This document shows positions 44,913 to 54,231 of a DNA stretch of 64,000 nt, in pieces. Location of the stretch: positions 64,001 to 128,000 of the IMG/VR virus record IMGVR_UViG_3300019850_000189; one strand, written 5' to 3'. This DNA comes from a virus. Made by a program: the position numbers and the translations under genes. Numbering within the stretch: the stretch's first letter is position 1; every line of letters begins with the position of its first letter. The notes under the pieces are model-generated. The model was not told where the DNA came from. It worked only from the letters and a program-made list of their open reading frames with translations, and did not search any database.

Positions 44913-45137
44913 ATGAAACTAGACGAATTATTAAAAAAACTAGCCGAAGGATTTAATCAACGAGGAGTAAGAGATGGCACCGGGCCCTTTAAAGGCAGTG
45001 CTATGGCATCTTCTGGGAGAGTAGGTCCAAGAACGGGAAGACAACTTGGCGATTGCCCAATACGAAATGATTTTAAGAGTGATGAGGAATACAATAAGGC
45101 CCTTACTAAATGGAAGAAAACGCAAAAACAATCTTAA
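44913..45137 (+). CDS. hypothetical protein
   Basis: AAGGAG RBS; RDGTGPFKG...GPRTGRQLGDC. Confidence 0.6.
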   Translation: MKLDELLKKLAEGFNQRGVRDGTGPFKGSAMASSGRVGPRTGRQLGDCPIRNDFKSDEEYNKALTKWKKTQKQS

Positions 45138-45826
45138 TATTTTTCGTAATCTCCATCGATTTCCTTAGGCCCAGGAGTTACTGCTATTTCGATATCAGAT
45201 AGTTCAAATGGTGATGTCAATAAGTCAAGTTTATCCATATACTTATCCGATTCTTCAACATCAAATTCGAAAATCGCATCTAGAATTTCACTTACGATTT
45301 CTTTCGCATAATCATCAAAAGTATATGGGTAACTATCTATAATACGCTCGAGAGTTCGAGACCATACATCCATTAGGCTCTGAATCTCTTTATTGTTTTT
45401 GGATACTATTGGTTTTATAAAATCTATACAATCCTTGATTGCTTCCAATTCATCTTTACTGATCTCATTGAAGTTTTTATTAAGACCAAAATCATATCTA
45501 TCATATAATGTTCCCTCGCGCAGGATGTAATTGGTTTGATCGAAAAATTCTTTGAGACTTTTGCCTCCCTTTCTATTTTTCTCTGCTTCTGCCTTTTCCT
45601 TTTTTATGCTCTTTGCCATCGCAAAAACATCCTTGACGGATTTCTTCAACTTTTTAGCCCGTTCAATCTTGACAGCCGCTTTTCTGAGAGCATCAATCAC
45701 TTCATCCCTCATAGTTTGCCATAATCTTCGCTGTTTAAGGGCACCGAGCTGGTCATTTTCCAGTGTGTCAATTTTGTCAATTGGATCGTCTTTAATTGGT
45801 TCAGATTTTATTTTGGATAAGTCCAT
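45134..45826 (-). CDS. hypothetical acidic/coiled-coil protein
   Basis: 230 aa ORF with GAGG RBS. Confidence 0.6.
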   Translation of the reverse strand: MDLSKIKSEPIKDDPIDKIDTLENDQLGALKQRRLWQTMRDEVIDALRKAAVKIERAKKLKKSVKDVFAMAKSIKKEKAEAEKNRKGGKSLKEFFDQTNYILREGTLYDRYDFGLNKNFNEISKDELEAIKDCIDFIKPIVSKNNKEIQSLMDVWSRTLERIIDSYPYTFDDYAKEIVSEILDAIFEFDVEESDKYMDKLDLLTSPFELSDIEIAVTPGPKEIDGDYEKY

Positions 45827-45892
45827 TTATTCTTCCTCACTTAAATCTATTTAGTATTATCTTTTTTAATAAGTGGTCTTTGGTGACAATAT

Positions 45893-46459
45893 TCACTGGA
45901 TACTTCGCAATTTGTCTAGTATGCCCTTATATCTTTGTAAGCAAGCTATGAAAGGTTCTACTGCGGATGGCTTTCTTATTAGGTAAGATGGGTGATATAG
46001 TGGCAGCCACAGAAACCAAAGACCGCACCATTTTGCTTCTTGCATTTTGTATATATTATAAGATTGATTAACTATTCTTGATAACCAATCCGATGGAACA
46101 CGGCCAGCTGTTAATACTAGTTTTGGTTTAATTATAAAAAATGTTGCTTCAAGGTGTGGAAAACAAGCTTCCTGCTCCTGTGGCTTTGGATTTCGGTTAT
46201 CGGGCGGCCGGCACAAAACCGTATTGGATACCCATGTATCTTTTTCTAGGTCTAAATAATCAGATAATATATCCCGTAATTTCTTGCCGGACCTTCCAAC
46301 GAATGGCTTGCCTGACATTGACTCATCTTTTCCAGGAGCCTCCCCCATCAATATTATTTTGCTTGCTGGGTTACCAGTTCCCCATACGATCTTACCATGA
46401 TTTTCTTCTCTATATTTGCCAAGATCACATTTCATACAATTTGTCATTTTTCTAACCAA
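45893..46459 (-). CDS. udg: uracil-DNA glycosylase, family 4
   Basis: LMGEAPGKDESMSGKPFVGRSG, NTVLCRPPDNRNP, LYHPSYLIR, N-terminal CxxC. Confidence 0.92.
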   Translation of the reverse strand: MVRKMTNCMKCDLGKYREENHGKIVWGTGNPASKIILMGEAPGKDESMSGKPFVGRSGKKLRDILSDYLDLEKDTWVSNTVLCRPPDNRNPKPQEQEACFPHLEATFFIIKPKLVLTAGRVPSDWLSRIVNQSYNIYKMQEAKWCGLWFLWLPLYHPSYLIRKPSAVEPFIACLQRYKGILDKLRSIQ

Positions 46460-46679
46460 ACACCAGCTTGACTATTCTTTTAGCCAGGCCATTGCTTACC
46501 TCCCATTCCAAACTGTCACGATCTTGTAATAAAGCTATAGCGAATTCCCTTTTAAAATCTAGATTATCATGGATCAAACAGGAGATATTTGCAACATAAG
46601 CAAATTCAAAATTAGGATCTTTTTCAAATGCCTCACGAATAGTTGCTCTCGCTTTTTTAATTTCGTTCATATCATTCAC
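46452..46679 (-). CDS. hypothetical phage protein
   Basis: FAYVANISCLIHD. Confidence 0.55.
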   Translation of the reverse strand: MNDMNEIKKARATIREAFEKDPNFEFAYVANISCLIHDNLDFKREFAIALLQDRDSLEWEVSNGLAKRIVKLVFG

Positions 46680-46971
46680 TTGTTATTGGATTTGCTTTTT
46701 TTTCATTATTTCTATACCAACTTAGTGCAATAATTCCGAGAACAATTATATCTTTCATTGTGTCCTCTAGTGTTTCATCTGAAACATGTATCTTTTTATT
46801 TTCCCAGACATTGAAAAGCCTGACTGCTTTATCAACCAATCTGGTAGATATGCCGGTTAGACCTGTAATTCTGAAATTCAAATATGGATCTTCTTCCGAA
46901 GCATAATCTGAGGATTTAATTTTGTGTAGTTCGCGGCATTCTTTAACAATATCATCAAAGTCTTTTATCAA
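46672..46971 (-). CDS. DUF1599 / nucleotide-modification-associated domain protein
   Basis: KSSDYA...NF...GISTRLVDKAVRL...DETLEDTMKDI. Confidence 0.65.
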   Translation of the reverse strand: MIKDFDDIVKECRELHKIKSSDYASEEDPYLNFRITGLTGISTRLVDKAVRLFNVWENKKIHVSDETLEDTMKDIIVLGIIALSWYRNNEKKANPITSE

Positions 46972-47017
46972 TTTTATCTCCTGTGGATATATTGTCTATA
47001 TATGTATTGGTAGGGCA

Positions 47018-47821
47018 TTATTGGATTGTGAATTCCGGCACCAATTCATTGATTTTATCTATTAATTCATCATAATCAGCTTCTGGATTTTCCTTGAAAG
47101 CTTTATTTAAAGCATTCTCAACTTCGGGCTTTAATGGACCGGCTTTGAAAGGGGCCTCGAGCCCGGTGAGGAGTTCTTTTTGGACTTCTTTATAAGCTTG
47201 TGTTTTCTTTACAGGCTTACTGGTTGTCGCCGGTAGCTGCTTTGGCGCTTCTTCTTTTGCTTTTTTAACTTCCTTTTCTATCTTTTTTTCAACTTCCTTT
47301 TTTACTTCCCCTGGCTCTTCTTTTACTTTGCTATCTATATAAGATTTTAAGTTCGCGGTTATCTCTTTTTGCATTTTATTCAAGAATCGTTCCAGATCAC
47401 CTTTTGTTGCCGGCGAAGACTTACGCGCGGTCATTGGATGGTATTTTCGTCTTAGTTTAGCGGTAGATATTATATTATTCTCTTCTGGTTCAGGCTCTTC
47501 GGCCGAAGTTTCCGGTTTCGGAACCGGATTAATGTGTTCTTTATATTTTTCCAAAGTTTGGGTAACGTTGTTTTTTTTATCTTCGAGGTCAGAAATAGCT
47601 GAATCTAGACCTGCTATCTGACCAATCAGTTTAGCCGCTTTCTTAGATTTTGCTGACGAAAGTTGCCGTTTAAGGCGAGCTCTCTCGCTCTTCATCTTAT
47701 TAATTGACTTGTTATATTTATTTATTTTATTATAGAGTTCGACAGTTCGTTTGCTCAATGCTTTTTTAATCTGCCTGGACTCATGCTCGATCGATGCCTC
47801 AACTATATCAGAAAACTTCAT
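47018..47821 (-). CDS. coiled-coil, Lys/Glu-rich hypothetical protein
   Basis: 267 aa ORF, coupled via TAATG to the upstream gene. Confidence 0.65.
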   Translation of the reverse strand: MKFSDIVEASIEHESRQIKKALSKRTVELYNKINKYNKSINKMKSERARLKRQLSSAKSKKAAKLIGQIAGLDSAISDLEDKKNNVTQTLEKYKEHINPVPKPETSAEEPEPEENNIISTAKLRRKYHPMTARKSSPATKGDLERFLNKMQKEITANLKSYIDSKVKEEPGEVKKEVEKKIEKEVKKAKEEAPKQLPATTSKPVKKTQAYKEVQKELLTGLEAPFKAGPLKPEVENALNKAFKENPEADYDELIDKINELVPEFTIQ

Positions 47822-48117
47822 TATAATTCTGCTCCGACCTGAGATTTGATAAATTTAGTAACTTCTTTCGATACAATTTCCTTTATTTGTTTTATCTGAT
47901 CGGCGGTAAATGCTGCCACAGCTTCTTTTTTAGGTTTTGGTGCTGGCGGCGCCGGTGGGACTTCCGCGACTTTACGAGTTGGAGCCTGTGCCGGAGTTGG
48001 AGCCTGTGCCGGAGCTTGCGCCGGAGATGTTGTAGCTTGGGTGCCTGGTGCTCCTCCGAATCCTGTTTGTTGAGTTGGTTGTTCTGATATTATATTCAAA
48101 AATTTGCTTATTTTCAC
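47821..48117 (-). CDS. Pro/Ala/Gln-rich hypothetical protein
   Basis: QAPAQAPTPAQAPT repeats; in frame with the upstream TAG-terminated gene. Confidence 0.6.
   Translation of the reverse strand: MKISKFLNIISEQPTQQTGFGGAPGTQATTSPAQAPAQAPTPAQAPTRKVAEVPPAPPAPKPKKEAVAAFTADQIKQIKEIVSKEVTKFIKSQVGAEL
47978..48025. repeat. in-frame tandem repeat (18 bp x2 plus a 12-bp variant)
   Basis: GTTGGAGCCTGTGCCGGA twice then GCTTGCGCCGGA. Confidence 0.8.
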
Positions 48118-48120
48118 TGT

Positions 48121-48600
48121 CTAAACCCCCATTTGTTGAATCATACGAAGCATCAATGATCTTGCTTTCTGATCGCCTTGATTTGCTCTCGAGACTATAC
48201 TTGACGTTCCTTTCTGAAATTTAGCCGCAACCGCTGGAGAAACAGGTTGCGCTTTTTTAGGTGCTTGTGCCGGTGCTTGTGCCGGTGCTTGTGCCGGTGC
48301 TTGACCAGTTGCAGCCGCCGCTTGGCCTACCGGTTGCTCTGCAGGTTCTGCTTTATATTGTTGAGCCGCATTTTGTCTTTGTTGCAACAACGCGTTGCGT
48401 TGAGACATTAATCCGGCACGCTTTTTACCTTCCGGCGTAGTTCTTAATTGGGTATCCAATTTTTGTATCTGTTTATCTATAGAACTTATTGCCTGGCCTT
48501 GCTCGCCTAATTCCTGCCTGTTCATACCATATGTATCATATAAACCTTCAGTATAAACATCCTCAATTATTTCATTGATTACATCTAATTCGTATCCCAT
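48121..48600 (-). CDS. Gln/Ala-rich hypothetical protein
   Basis: 159 aa, QAPAQAPAQAPAQAP; ends in TAG. Confidence 0.65.
   Translation of the reverse strand: MGYELDVINEIIEDVYTEGLYDTYGMNRQELGEQGQAISSIDKQIQKLDTQLRTTPEGKKRAGLMSQRNALLQQRQNAAQQYKAEPAEQPVGQAAAATGQAPAQAPAQAPAQAPKKAQPVSPAVAAKFQKGTSSIVSRANQGDQKARSLMLRMIQQMGV
48260..48303. repeat. 12-bp tandem repeat (~3.7 copies)
   Basis: GGTGCTTGTGCC repeats encoding AQAP on the minus strand. Confidence 0.85.
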
Positions 48601-48604
48601 TTTT

Positions 48605-48766
48605 TTATCCTGTAGAAATTGATGTTGGTGGAGAAGATTGAATTTTGCCCATTTCAGCTTTTGGTGTCTTATCTGGGTCTAAAGCAAACATAGTTACGCC
48701 TTTTTCTTTATCTGAATCTTTTTCCTTCTTTTTGTTTAACTGCTTTAACAACTTCTCTAAATCCAT
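48605..48766 (-). CDS. small hypothetical protein (53 aa)
   Basis: GGAGA RBS; MDLEKLLKQLNKKK...STG*. Confidence 0.5.
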   Translation of the reverse strand: MDLEKLLKQLNKKKEKDSDKEKGVTMFALDPDKTPKAEMGKIQSSPPTSISTG

Positions 48767-48835
48767 AATTATCTCCATTGTTTTCTATTATCTTTATGGA
48801 AACATATATAATGATGTATAGTAATGTGACAAATC

Positions 48836-50134
48836 GTGAGGCACGCATTGAAACAATCCCCAGAATTCAGTTACGAGTTAGAACTTGAAATATTAAACTA
48901 TTCATTACATGATCGATCTTTTTGGCTTTTGATGGTGAATTCTTTACAACCGCATTATTTTGATAACCGCATAACAAAATCTATTTTCGTTGCTTTTCGT
49001 GTATCTTTTGAGAAGTATAATAAACTGCCGGGCCGCTCAGTTCTTCATGACCGCCTAAAGAAGCTTGGTTTGGATGATAGTCTACAGCAAAAAGCTTTTG
49101 ATGTTGTTTATGATACTGATATGTCTCAAAAGGATAAACAATACCTGTTAGATGAAGTAAAAAGCTTTGCTAAAAAAGCCAGGATGCGCGATGCGCTTTA
49201 TAAATCAGTTGATTTACTTCAAAAGGATCAATTTGATGAAATAAGCGAATTGGTTAAGGACGCTTTGTTATTCAATGTAGATATAAATTTGGGCATTGAT
49301 ATATGGAAAATAGATGAACGATATGAAAAAATAAATCAATTACATCTAGATAAGGTCACCACAGGCTGGAGCCTTTTGGATAAAATTCTGGGAGGAGGTG
49401 TGGAGAAAAAGGGTTTATTTTGTTTTGGTGCTCCTGCCGGAATCGGCAAATCTATTTTTCTTGTCAATATAGGCGCAAATGCTTTGCTTGCTAATTACAA
49501 TGTCGCTGTCTATACCCTTGAAATTTCTGAAGAGCGATTAAGTATGCGATATGATGCCTGCCTGAGTCGAATTCCTTCGCACGAATTAAGAAGTCAGATT
49601 CCCGAATTAAAGAATAAAATGAATGAAATAAAAGCTCGTACCAATGGTAAGCTGTTTATTAAAGAATTCGCAACAAAGCAGGCATCAGTAAATACTATTA
49701 GGGCGCATTTAGAAAAATTGATCGTTTATGAAGAATTTGTGCCTGATATAATAATAGTTGATTATGCAGATATACTCCGGCCATCACACAGATATGGTTC
49801 CAAATACGAAGAGCTTGGCAACATATATGAAGATCTGCGCGGTCTTGCTGTTGAGATGAAAGTTCCAATCGTAACAGCATCTCAGACAAATCGTGAATCA
49901 ATGAGCAAAGACGGCGGGACAAAAGAAATCATAAGCGGAGCCCTAATTGCTGACTCTATCATAAAGTTGCAGATATTAGATTTCTTTGCCACAATAAGCC
50001 AAAGTATTGGAGATAGAGGTCAAAACAAATTAAACTTATTCATCGCCAAAAATAGAAATGGTGAAGCCAGTAATACAATTGAATTCAGCATTGATTATGC
50101 CACATTTCGTTTAACACAATTGTTAAGCTCATAA
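48836..50134 (+). CDS. DnaB-family (T4 gp41-like) replicative helicase
   Basis: Walker A APAGIGKS, YTLEISE, IIVDYADIL, TASQTNR, KNRNG. Confidence 0.92.
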   Translation: MRHALKQSPEFSYELELEILNYSLHDRSFWLLMVNSLQPHYFDNRITKSIFVAFRVSFEKYNKLPGRSVLHDRLKKLGLDDSLQQKAFDVVYDTDMSQKDKQYLLDEVKSFAKKARMRDALYKSVDLLQKDQFDEISELVKDALLFNVDINLGIDIWKIDERYEKINQLHLDKVTTGWSLLDKILGGGVEKKGLFCFGAPAGIGKSIFLVNIGANALLANYNVAVYTLEISEERLSMRYDACLSRIPSHELRSQIPELKNKMNEIKARTNGKLFIKEFATKQASVNTIRAHLEKLIVYEEFVPDIIIVDYADILRPSHRYGSKYEELGNIYEDLRGLAVEMKVPIVTASQTNRESMSKDGGTKEIISGALIADSIIKLQILDFFATISQSIGDRGQNKLNLFIAKNRNGEASNTIEFSIDYATFRLTQLLSS

Positions 50135-50215
50135 AAAAAATTAAAAAACGTGACAAGATAATATCAAAAAGAATATTAAAAAAGATATTCCAAAAACTAG
50201 TAAGGCAAATATCAC

Positions 50216-50244
50216 TTTACAATTTCTTCGGACTGTGGTATAGT
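50216..50244 (+). promoter_or_regulatory. sigma70-type promoter
   Basis: TTTACA-17-TATAGT. Confidence 0.7.
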
Positions 50245-50250
50245 ATAGTT

Positions 50251-50316
50251 ACGGCAATCTTGGAGATGTCCTGTAAAAAGGGATAGGTCATGGTTCGACT
50301 CCTGGCATTGCCGCAC
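50251..50316 (+). ncRNA. small tRNA-like RNA lacking a D-arm
   Basis: CGGCAAT/ATTGCCG stem, GTCCT-GTAAAAA-GGGAT hairpin, TTCGACT T-loop in an imperfect stem; begins at the expected +1 of the promoter. Confidence 0.45.
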
Positions 50317-50338
50317 TCTTAAAGGGGGAATTAATTCA

Positions 50339-50494
50339 ATGCATGATTATAATGAGAGGAAAGCTAAAGTTCTGGCCAAGCTTATTGTCAAATGGCGAAA
50401 AGAGGGCAAAGTTGAATTAGCTGAATTTCTCAGAGAAAGATTAGAAAAAAGAGGCGATTTGTCTTACGAAGAAATAGATGCTTTTGGCAAGTAA
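50339..50494 (+). CDS. small hypothetical protein (51 aa)
   Basis: GGGGGA RBS; MHDYNERKAKVLAKL...FGK*. Confidence 0.5.
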   Translation: MHDYNERKAKVLAKLIVKWRKEGKVELAEFLRERLEKRGDLSYEEIDAFGK

Positions 50495-50593
50495 ATGTCT
50501 GAACAGGTTAACAGCCCCGGCAAGAGTGTTTACCGTGAGAAGCTTTCCAAACTCTTGCCTCTTTTATTTGTCCTTGAAACATATATAGGTTAA

Positions 50594-51490
50594 ATGGATC
50601 ATTTATTGACTAATATTAAGATGCGCAACAGAACGATTGTAGATTTGCTGGCTACCAAATATCAAAACGCATCTGATATTAAAAACAGAAATATCCAGCT
50701 CTTTGTTGATTCAATCTCCAGATCAGTTTACTACCAGATCAAAGGTTTAGTGGCAAATACTAAATTTATACTTAAAGATGCCAACTTTTTTTGGGACCAA
50801 ATACTTGAGGTTAAAAAACCATCTCATTATATACTTGATCATTATAACAATTATTGGACGGAGAACGATTGTATTTTTTTCGACAAAATGTATAACCTTA
50901 TAGATACAAAGATCGGAAATGAGTATATACGCGCGTTTCTCTTTTCTGCTTTAATTGAGCTTATGATAAATCAGTCAATTTATGGTAGATTTAATATTTC
51001 CACTGAAGGATATATGTCAGAGAAAGAATCGTTAACAAAAGATAAATTTTTATTTATCATTGAAGACTTAAAGAATAAGATAAAAAGTGGCGGGAATGTG
51101 ACAGTAGTCAATATGCCAATAGAAAAATTCATAAAAAGTATAAGCAATGCCGGAATTATTTATTTTGAAACCCCAACTAGAAATGTCTTCTATGACTACC
51201 ACCCAATATATGATGTTTTCGAAAATTACAACAAGGGCACATTTATTGATAAAAAGTTACACATTTCACAGGAAATAAAAAATAAAGCTGATCATTATAT
51301 ATATCGCGGTGACAAGTTTATTAAAAGATGGTCCAATTTGTTATATTATGTTATGGATGTTGATTTTGAATATCTGATCTTCGGCCTGAATAACAAAATG
51401 GATATAGAGAAAGAGTGGCTTCATGAAAAACTTGCCAAGTATGGCAGAGCAGAATATATAAAACCTAATTATGTAATGTTAAATAAATAA
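50594..51490 (+). CDS. hypothetical protein, possibly a degenerate adenine-MTase fold
   Basis: VTVVNMPIEKFIKSISNAGIIYFETP parallels N.D...F.....D.IY.DPPY of D12-class MTases but lacks the DPPY motif. Confidence 0.4.
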   Translation: MDHLLTNIKMRNRTIVDLLATKYQNASDIKNRNIQLFVDSISRSVYYQIKGLVANTKFILKDANFFWDQILEVKKPSHYILDHYNNYWTENDCIFFDKMYNLIDTKIGNEYIRAFLFSALIELMINQSIYGRFNISTEGYMSEKESLTKDKFLFIIEDLKNKIKSGGNVTVVNMPIEKFIKSISNAGIIYFETPTRNVFYDYHPIYDVFENYNKGTFIDKKLHISQEIKNKADHYIYRGDKFIKRWSNLLYYVMDVDFEYLIFGLNNKMDIEKEWLHEKLAKYGRAEYIKPNYVMLNK

Positions 51491-51530
51491 CATTTCCTCA
51501 AAGTGTCTGAGAATATAAGGCGATGAATAT

Positions 51531-52601
51531 ATGAAATTTCCATCCAACGTCATCGAAGCTTTTCTTTATGACCATTTTAATAAGTATATCGTAAAGAATG
51601 GCCCTAATGGACGAGAACTTTGCTTTAATGGACCATTTGAACCCGATACACGATTTAGAATGTCTGTGAATGTCCCGCTTAACCTTGCCCATGATTTTAA
51701 TACTGGATATTCGAATAATTTTATCGGCTTTGTAGGAGATTTGTTAGATATGTCTCCAGAACAAGCACAACGTCATATTATCAAGACTTATTTTGAATAT
51801 TTGTCGTTCAAGGAAATTATTAAGCCATACAGACTACCGATAAAAGTGATAGAGCTGGCAGAAATAAATGAACCTCCAGGCTTATCTAAAATCACAAATA
51901 AAACCGAATTGGGCATAATGACAATTCAATTTCTCTATAGAAAGAATATCGCTCCAGAACTGATTAAACAAGCCGGCCTCAAGTATTTCTCAAGTGGATA
52001 TTACAAAGCCAGATTATATATACCATTCTATATGAACGGCAAACTTGTGTTTTTTCAGGCGCGCGATATACTGGGAACGAAATTATTCTTTAAAGTACAT
52101 AAACGCAAAAAAAAGTATCAAAAGTATCTTAATCCAAAGGGTATTCAAAAGAGCCAAATAATATACAACTACGATTATATTAAAAAGGGAAAAGATGTTG
52201 TTGTTGTCGAAGGTCCCTTTGATGCAATGACAGTAAATAATGGTATTGCTATGCTTGGTCATACTATTTCAAAAGCCCAAGCAAGAAAGATTATTGATAA
52301 ACAACCCAAAAAGATTATATTTATACCGGACAATGATAAAGCAGGACAGGATACTCTCGAAAGAAATATCAAAACAGTTCGTGAATTGGCGCCAGATTTG
52401 GAAGTCGGTTATTATGAGTTAGATAAAAAATATAAAGATGCTAATGAAGCTGGATTAAAAGAAATAAATAGTGAAGAAATCAAGAAAGATGCCAGGTTGG
52501 AAAGAATAAAGTCGAATCTAAAAAACACCTCAATAAAAAGCTTTGCAATGGCTAGCAATCCAGATTTTGAAACAATTAAGAAGAGAATCCAAAAAGTATG
52601 A
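51531..52601 (+). CDS. DNA primase (T4 gp61-like TOPRIM)
   Basis: RLYIPF...FFQAR, KYLNP, VVVEGPFDAM, IPDNDKAG, KDANE. Confidence 0.9.
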   Translation: MKFPSNVIEAFLYDHFNKYIVKNGPNGRELCFNGPFEPDTRFRMSVNVPLNLAHDFNTGYSNNFIGFVGDLLDMSPEQAQRHIIKTYFEYLSFKEIIKPYRLPIKVIELAEINEPPGLSKITNKTELGIMTIQFLYRKNIAPELIKQAGLKYFSSGYYKARLYIPFYMNGKLVFFQARDILGTKLFFKVHKRKKKYQKYLNPKGIQKSQIIYNYDYIKKGKDVVVVEGPFDAMTVNNGIAMLGHTISKAQARKIIDKQPKKIIFIPDNDKAGQDTLERNIKTVRELAPDLEVGYYELDKKYKDANEAGLKEINSEEIKKDARLERIKSNLKNTSIKSFAMASNPDFETIKKRIQKV

Positions 52602-52731
52602 AGACATAAAATGACTAGTTTTCTAAGTGATCCGGATGAATAAAATAGCTGTTTTCATTATACAAACCTTCAGTCTTTGTTGGGGGCTGCAGATAACATA
52701 AGAAAAAACAATAAATACTAAAATAAAAAGC

Positions 52732-52760
52732 TTTACTTTTTTTAAAAACTATGTTATAAT
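52732..52760 (+). promoter_or_regulatory. sigma70-type promoter
   Basis: TTTACT-17-TATAAT. Confidence 0.65.
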
Positions 52761-52782
52761 ATAATAAAGGAGAGAATAAAGC

Positions 52783-53112
52783 GTGCATAATATGCTGAGT
52801 GCATATGATATAATATATGATGCGGAGTATAAAGAGTATTGGTGTATTGTTGGTTTTGGTACTCTAAAACACCATAGGCCCACAGATGATGAAGATTTAC
52901 ATTATCCTGAGACTGTGGTAACCACTTTACATTATTTGTGCACAAATGGACGGGCCCGGATCCGGACGGCACCGGAAGACTTTGTGTATATACGTGCTAT
53001 GACATGGGTTAACGATAATATGACTTCGGGGAGATTGAAACTCGCTTCTAATAGCGAGGCTAAGAAGGTGTTGGCGAAGATATTGTTAAAGGAGGCACTC
53101 CCGATTGTCTAA
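52783..53112 (+). CDS. hypothetical protein
   Basis: AAGGAG RBS, GTG start. Confidence 0.55.
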   Translation: MHNMLSAYDIIYDAEYKEYWCIVGFGTLKHHRPTDDEDLHYPETVVTTLHYLCTNGRARIRTAPEDFVYIRAMTWVNDNMTSGRLKLASNSEAKKVLAKILLKEALPIV

Positions 53113-53195
53113 GAAGAAAAGGCAAGCGAATTTTAATACATATAAACCCTTTTATGATTATTTTAAGGATAAAGAAAGTACTATAATTAAGTCAT

Positions 53196-53441
53196 TTGAG
53201 GGAGAAAAAGTTGAGGAGACCAAAAATAGGGGACATGCTAATAAGCAAGAGCGCGTTCGAAATAGACCTGGTAATAGAGGCAAAACGGAACCACGTTCTG
53301 ATACAAAGACCCGGCATGAGGATAAAAATCCTGAAAAGCGCGTATGAGAATTTGCTCAATAGAAAACTCTTTAAAATAACAAGCAAGGGAGAAAAGATAA
53401 AACTTTTTTTACAGCTTGGCCAAATTAAAAAAAATGATTAA
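53196..53441 (+). CDS. hypothetical protein
   Basis: KIGDMLISK pattern; competes with the overlapping 53105-53347 ORF. Confidence 0.4.
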   Translation: MREKKLRRPKIGDMLISKSAFEIDLVIEAKRNHVLIQRPGMRIKILKSAYENLLNRKLFKITSKGEKIKLFLQLGQIKKND

Positions 53442-53462
53442 AAATTATTTACTGGAGATAAT

Positions 53463-53957
53463 ATGAATATTAATAAGAAAGCTATGGATATGCTTTACAA
53501 GCAACGGCAGGATCCTGAGAAAATGCAAAAACTTCTTGAGAATTTCTATGAAATGGGTAGCCAGATAGCGCATCATTTCGATATTCCTTATTCGATGCGC
53601 GCCGACTATATCCAAAGCGCAGTCATTTTATCCTGGAGAAAATTGGATAAATTTGATCCTATAAAGAATAAGCACGCGTTTTCTTATTTCTATCAAGTTA
53701 TCCGGCGAGATTTTATGGACAACATGCGCAAGGCTAAAAAGCGTAGCTCTATAGCCAAAATGATTAGCTCTGATGATTCGAGGAATGACTGGTTAAAAAA
53801 TATGAAATATTTTGATCATCAATATGAAGTTGTGGAACACGATTTTAATAAACAGATATTAACAGGTCTTAAAAAAATAATGTGGACAGAACTCGACAAA
53901 ACGTCCTCCGATAAAAAAACTTCCGATAATAAAACATCTGTTGTATCATCTCCATAA
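53463..53957 (+). CDS. phage late sigma factor (T4 gp55-like)
   Basis: DYIQSAVILSWRKLDKFDPIKNKHAFSYFYQVIRRDFMDNMRKAKK matches the region-2 pattern of gp55-like sigmas. Confidence 0.7.
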   Translation: MNINKKAMDMLYKQRQDPEKMQKLLENFYEMGSQIAHHFDIPYSMRADYIQSAVILSWRKLDKFDPIKNKHAFSYFYQVIRRDFMDNMRKAKKRSSIAKMISSDDSRNDWLKNMKYFDHQYEVVEHDFNKQILTGLKKIMWTELDKTSSDKKTSDNKTSVVSSP

Positions 53958-54231
53958 TATCATTCCGGAAATGGTATTTGTGGAAGTTACTGCTGCTAAT
54001 TTTCCTTCGTAAAACCAGGGAATATTTCCGTTCTTGGCACTCTGTGATTATAGCCGAGCGAAACAACTTATCGCAACGCTTAAAAACAGTAATGCCAAAA
54101 AAAATATTTTTTTATATGGGCCTCCTGTTTCTGAAACATATATATAGGAAAACTATTGTTATGCATATGAATGAAAACCTAGAGAGAAAGTTGTTTGATC
54201 GGTTTGATTTTTTACATCAGAAAGAGGTATA

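Noticed and set aside
47978-48303. CRISPR array
   Set aside because: The repeats are contiguous in-frame coding repeats with no spacers; no CRISPR array was seen in the window
53105-53347. 80-aa ORF overlapping 53196-53441
   Set aside because: Two overlapping same-strand frames compete; neither is recognisable, so only one is listed, at low confidence
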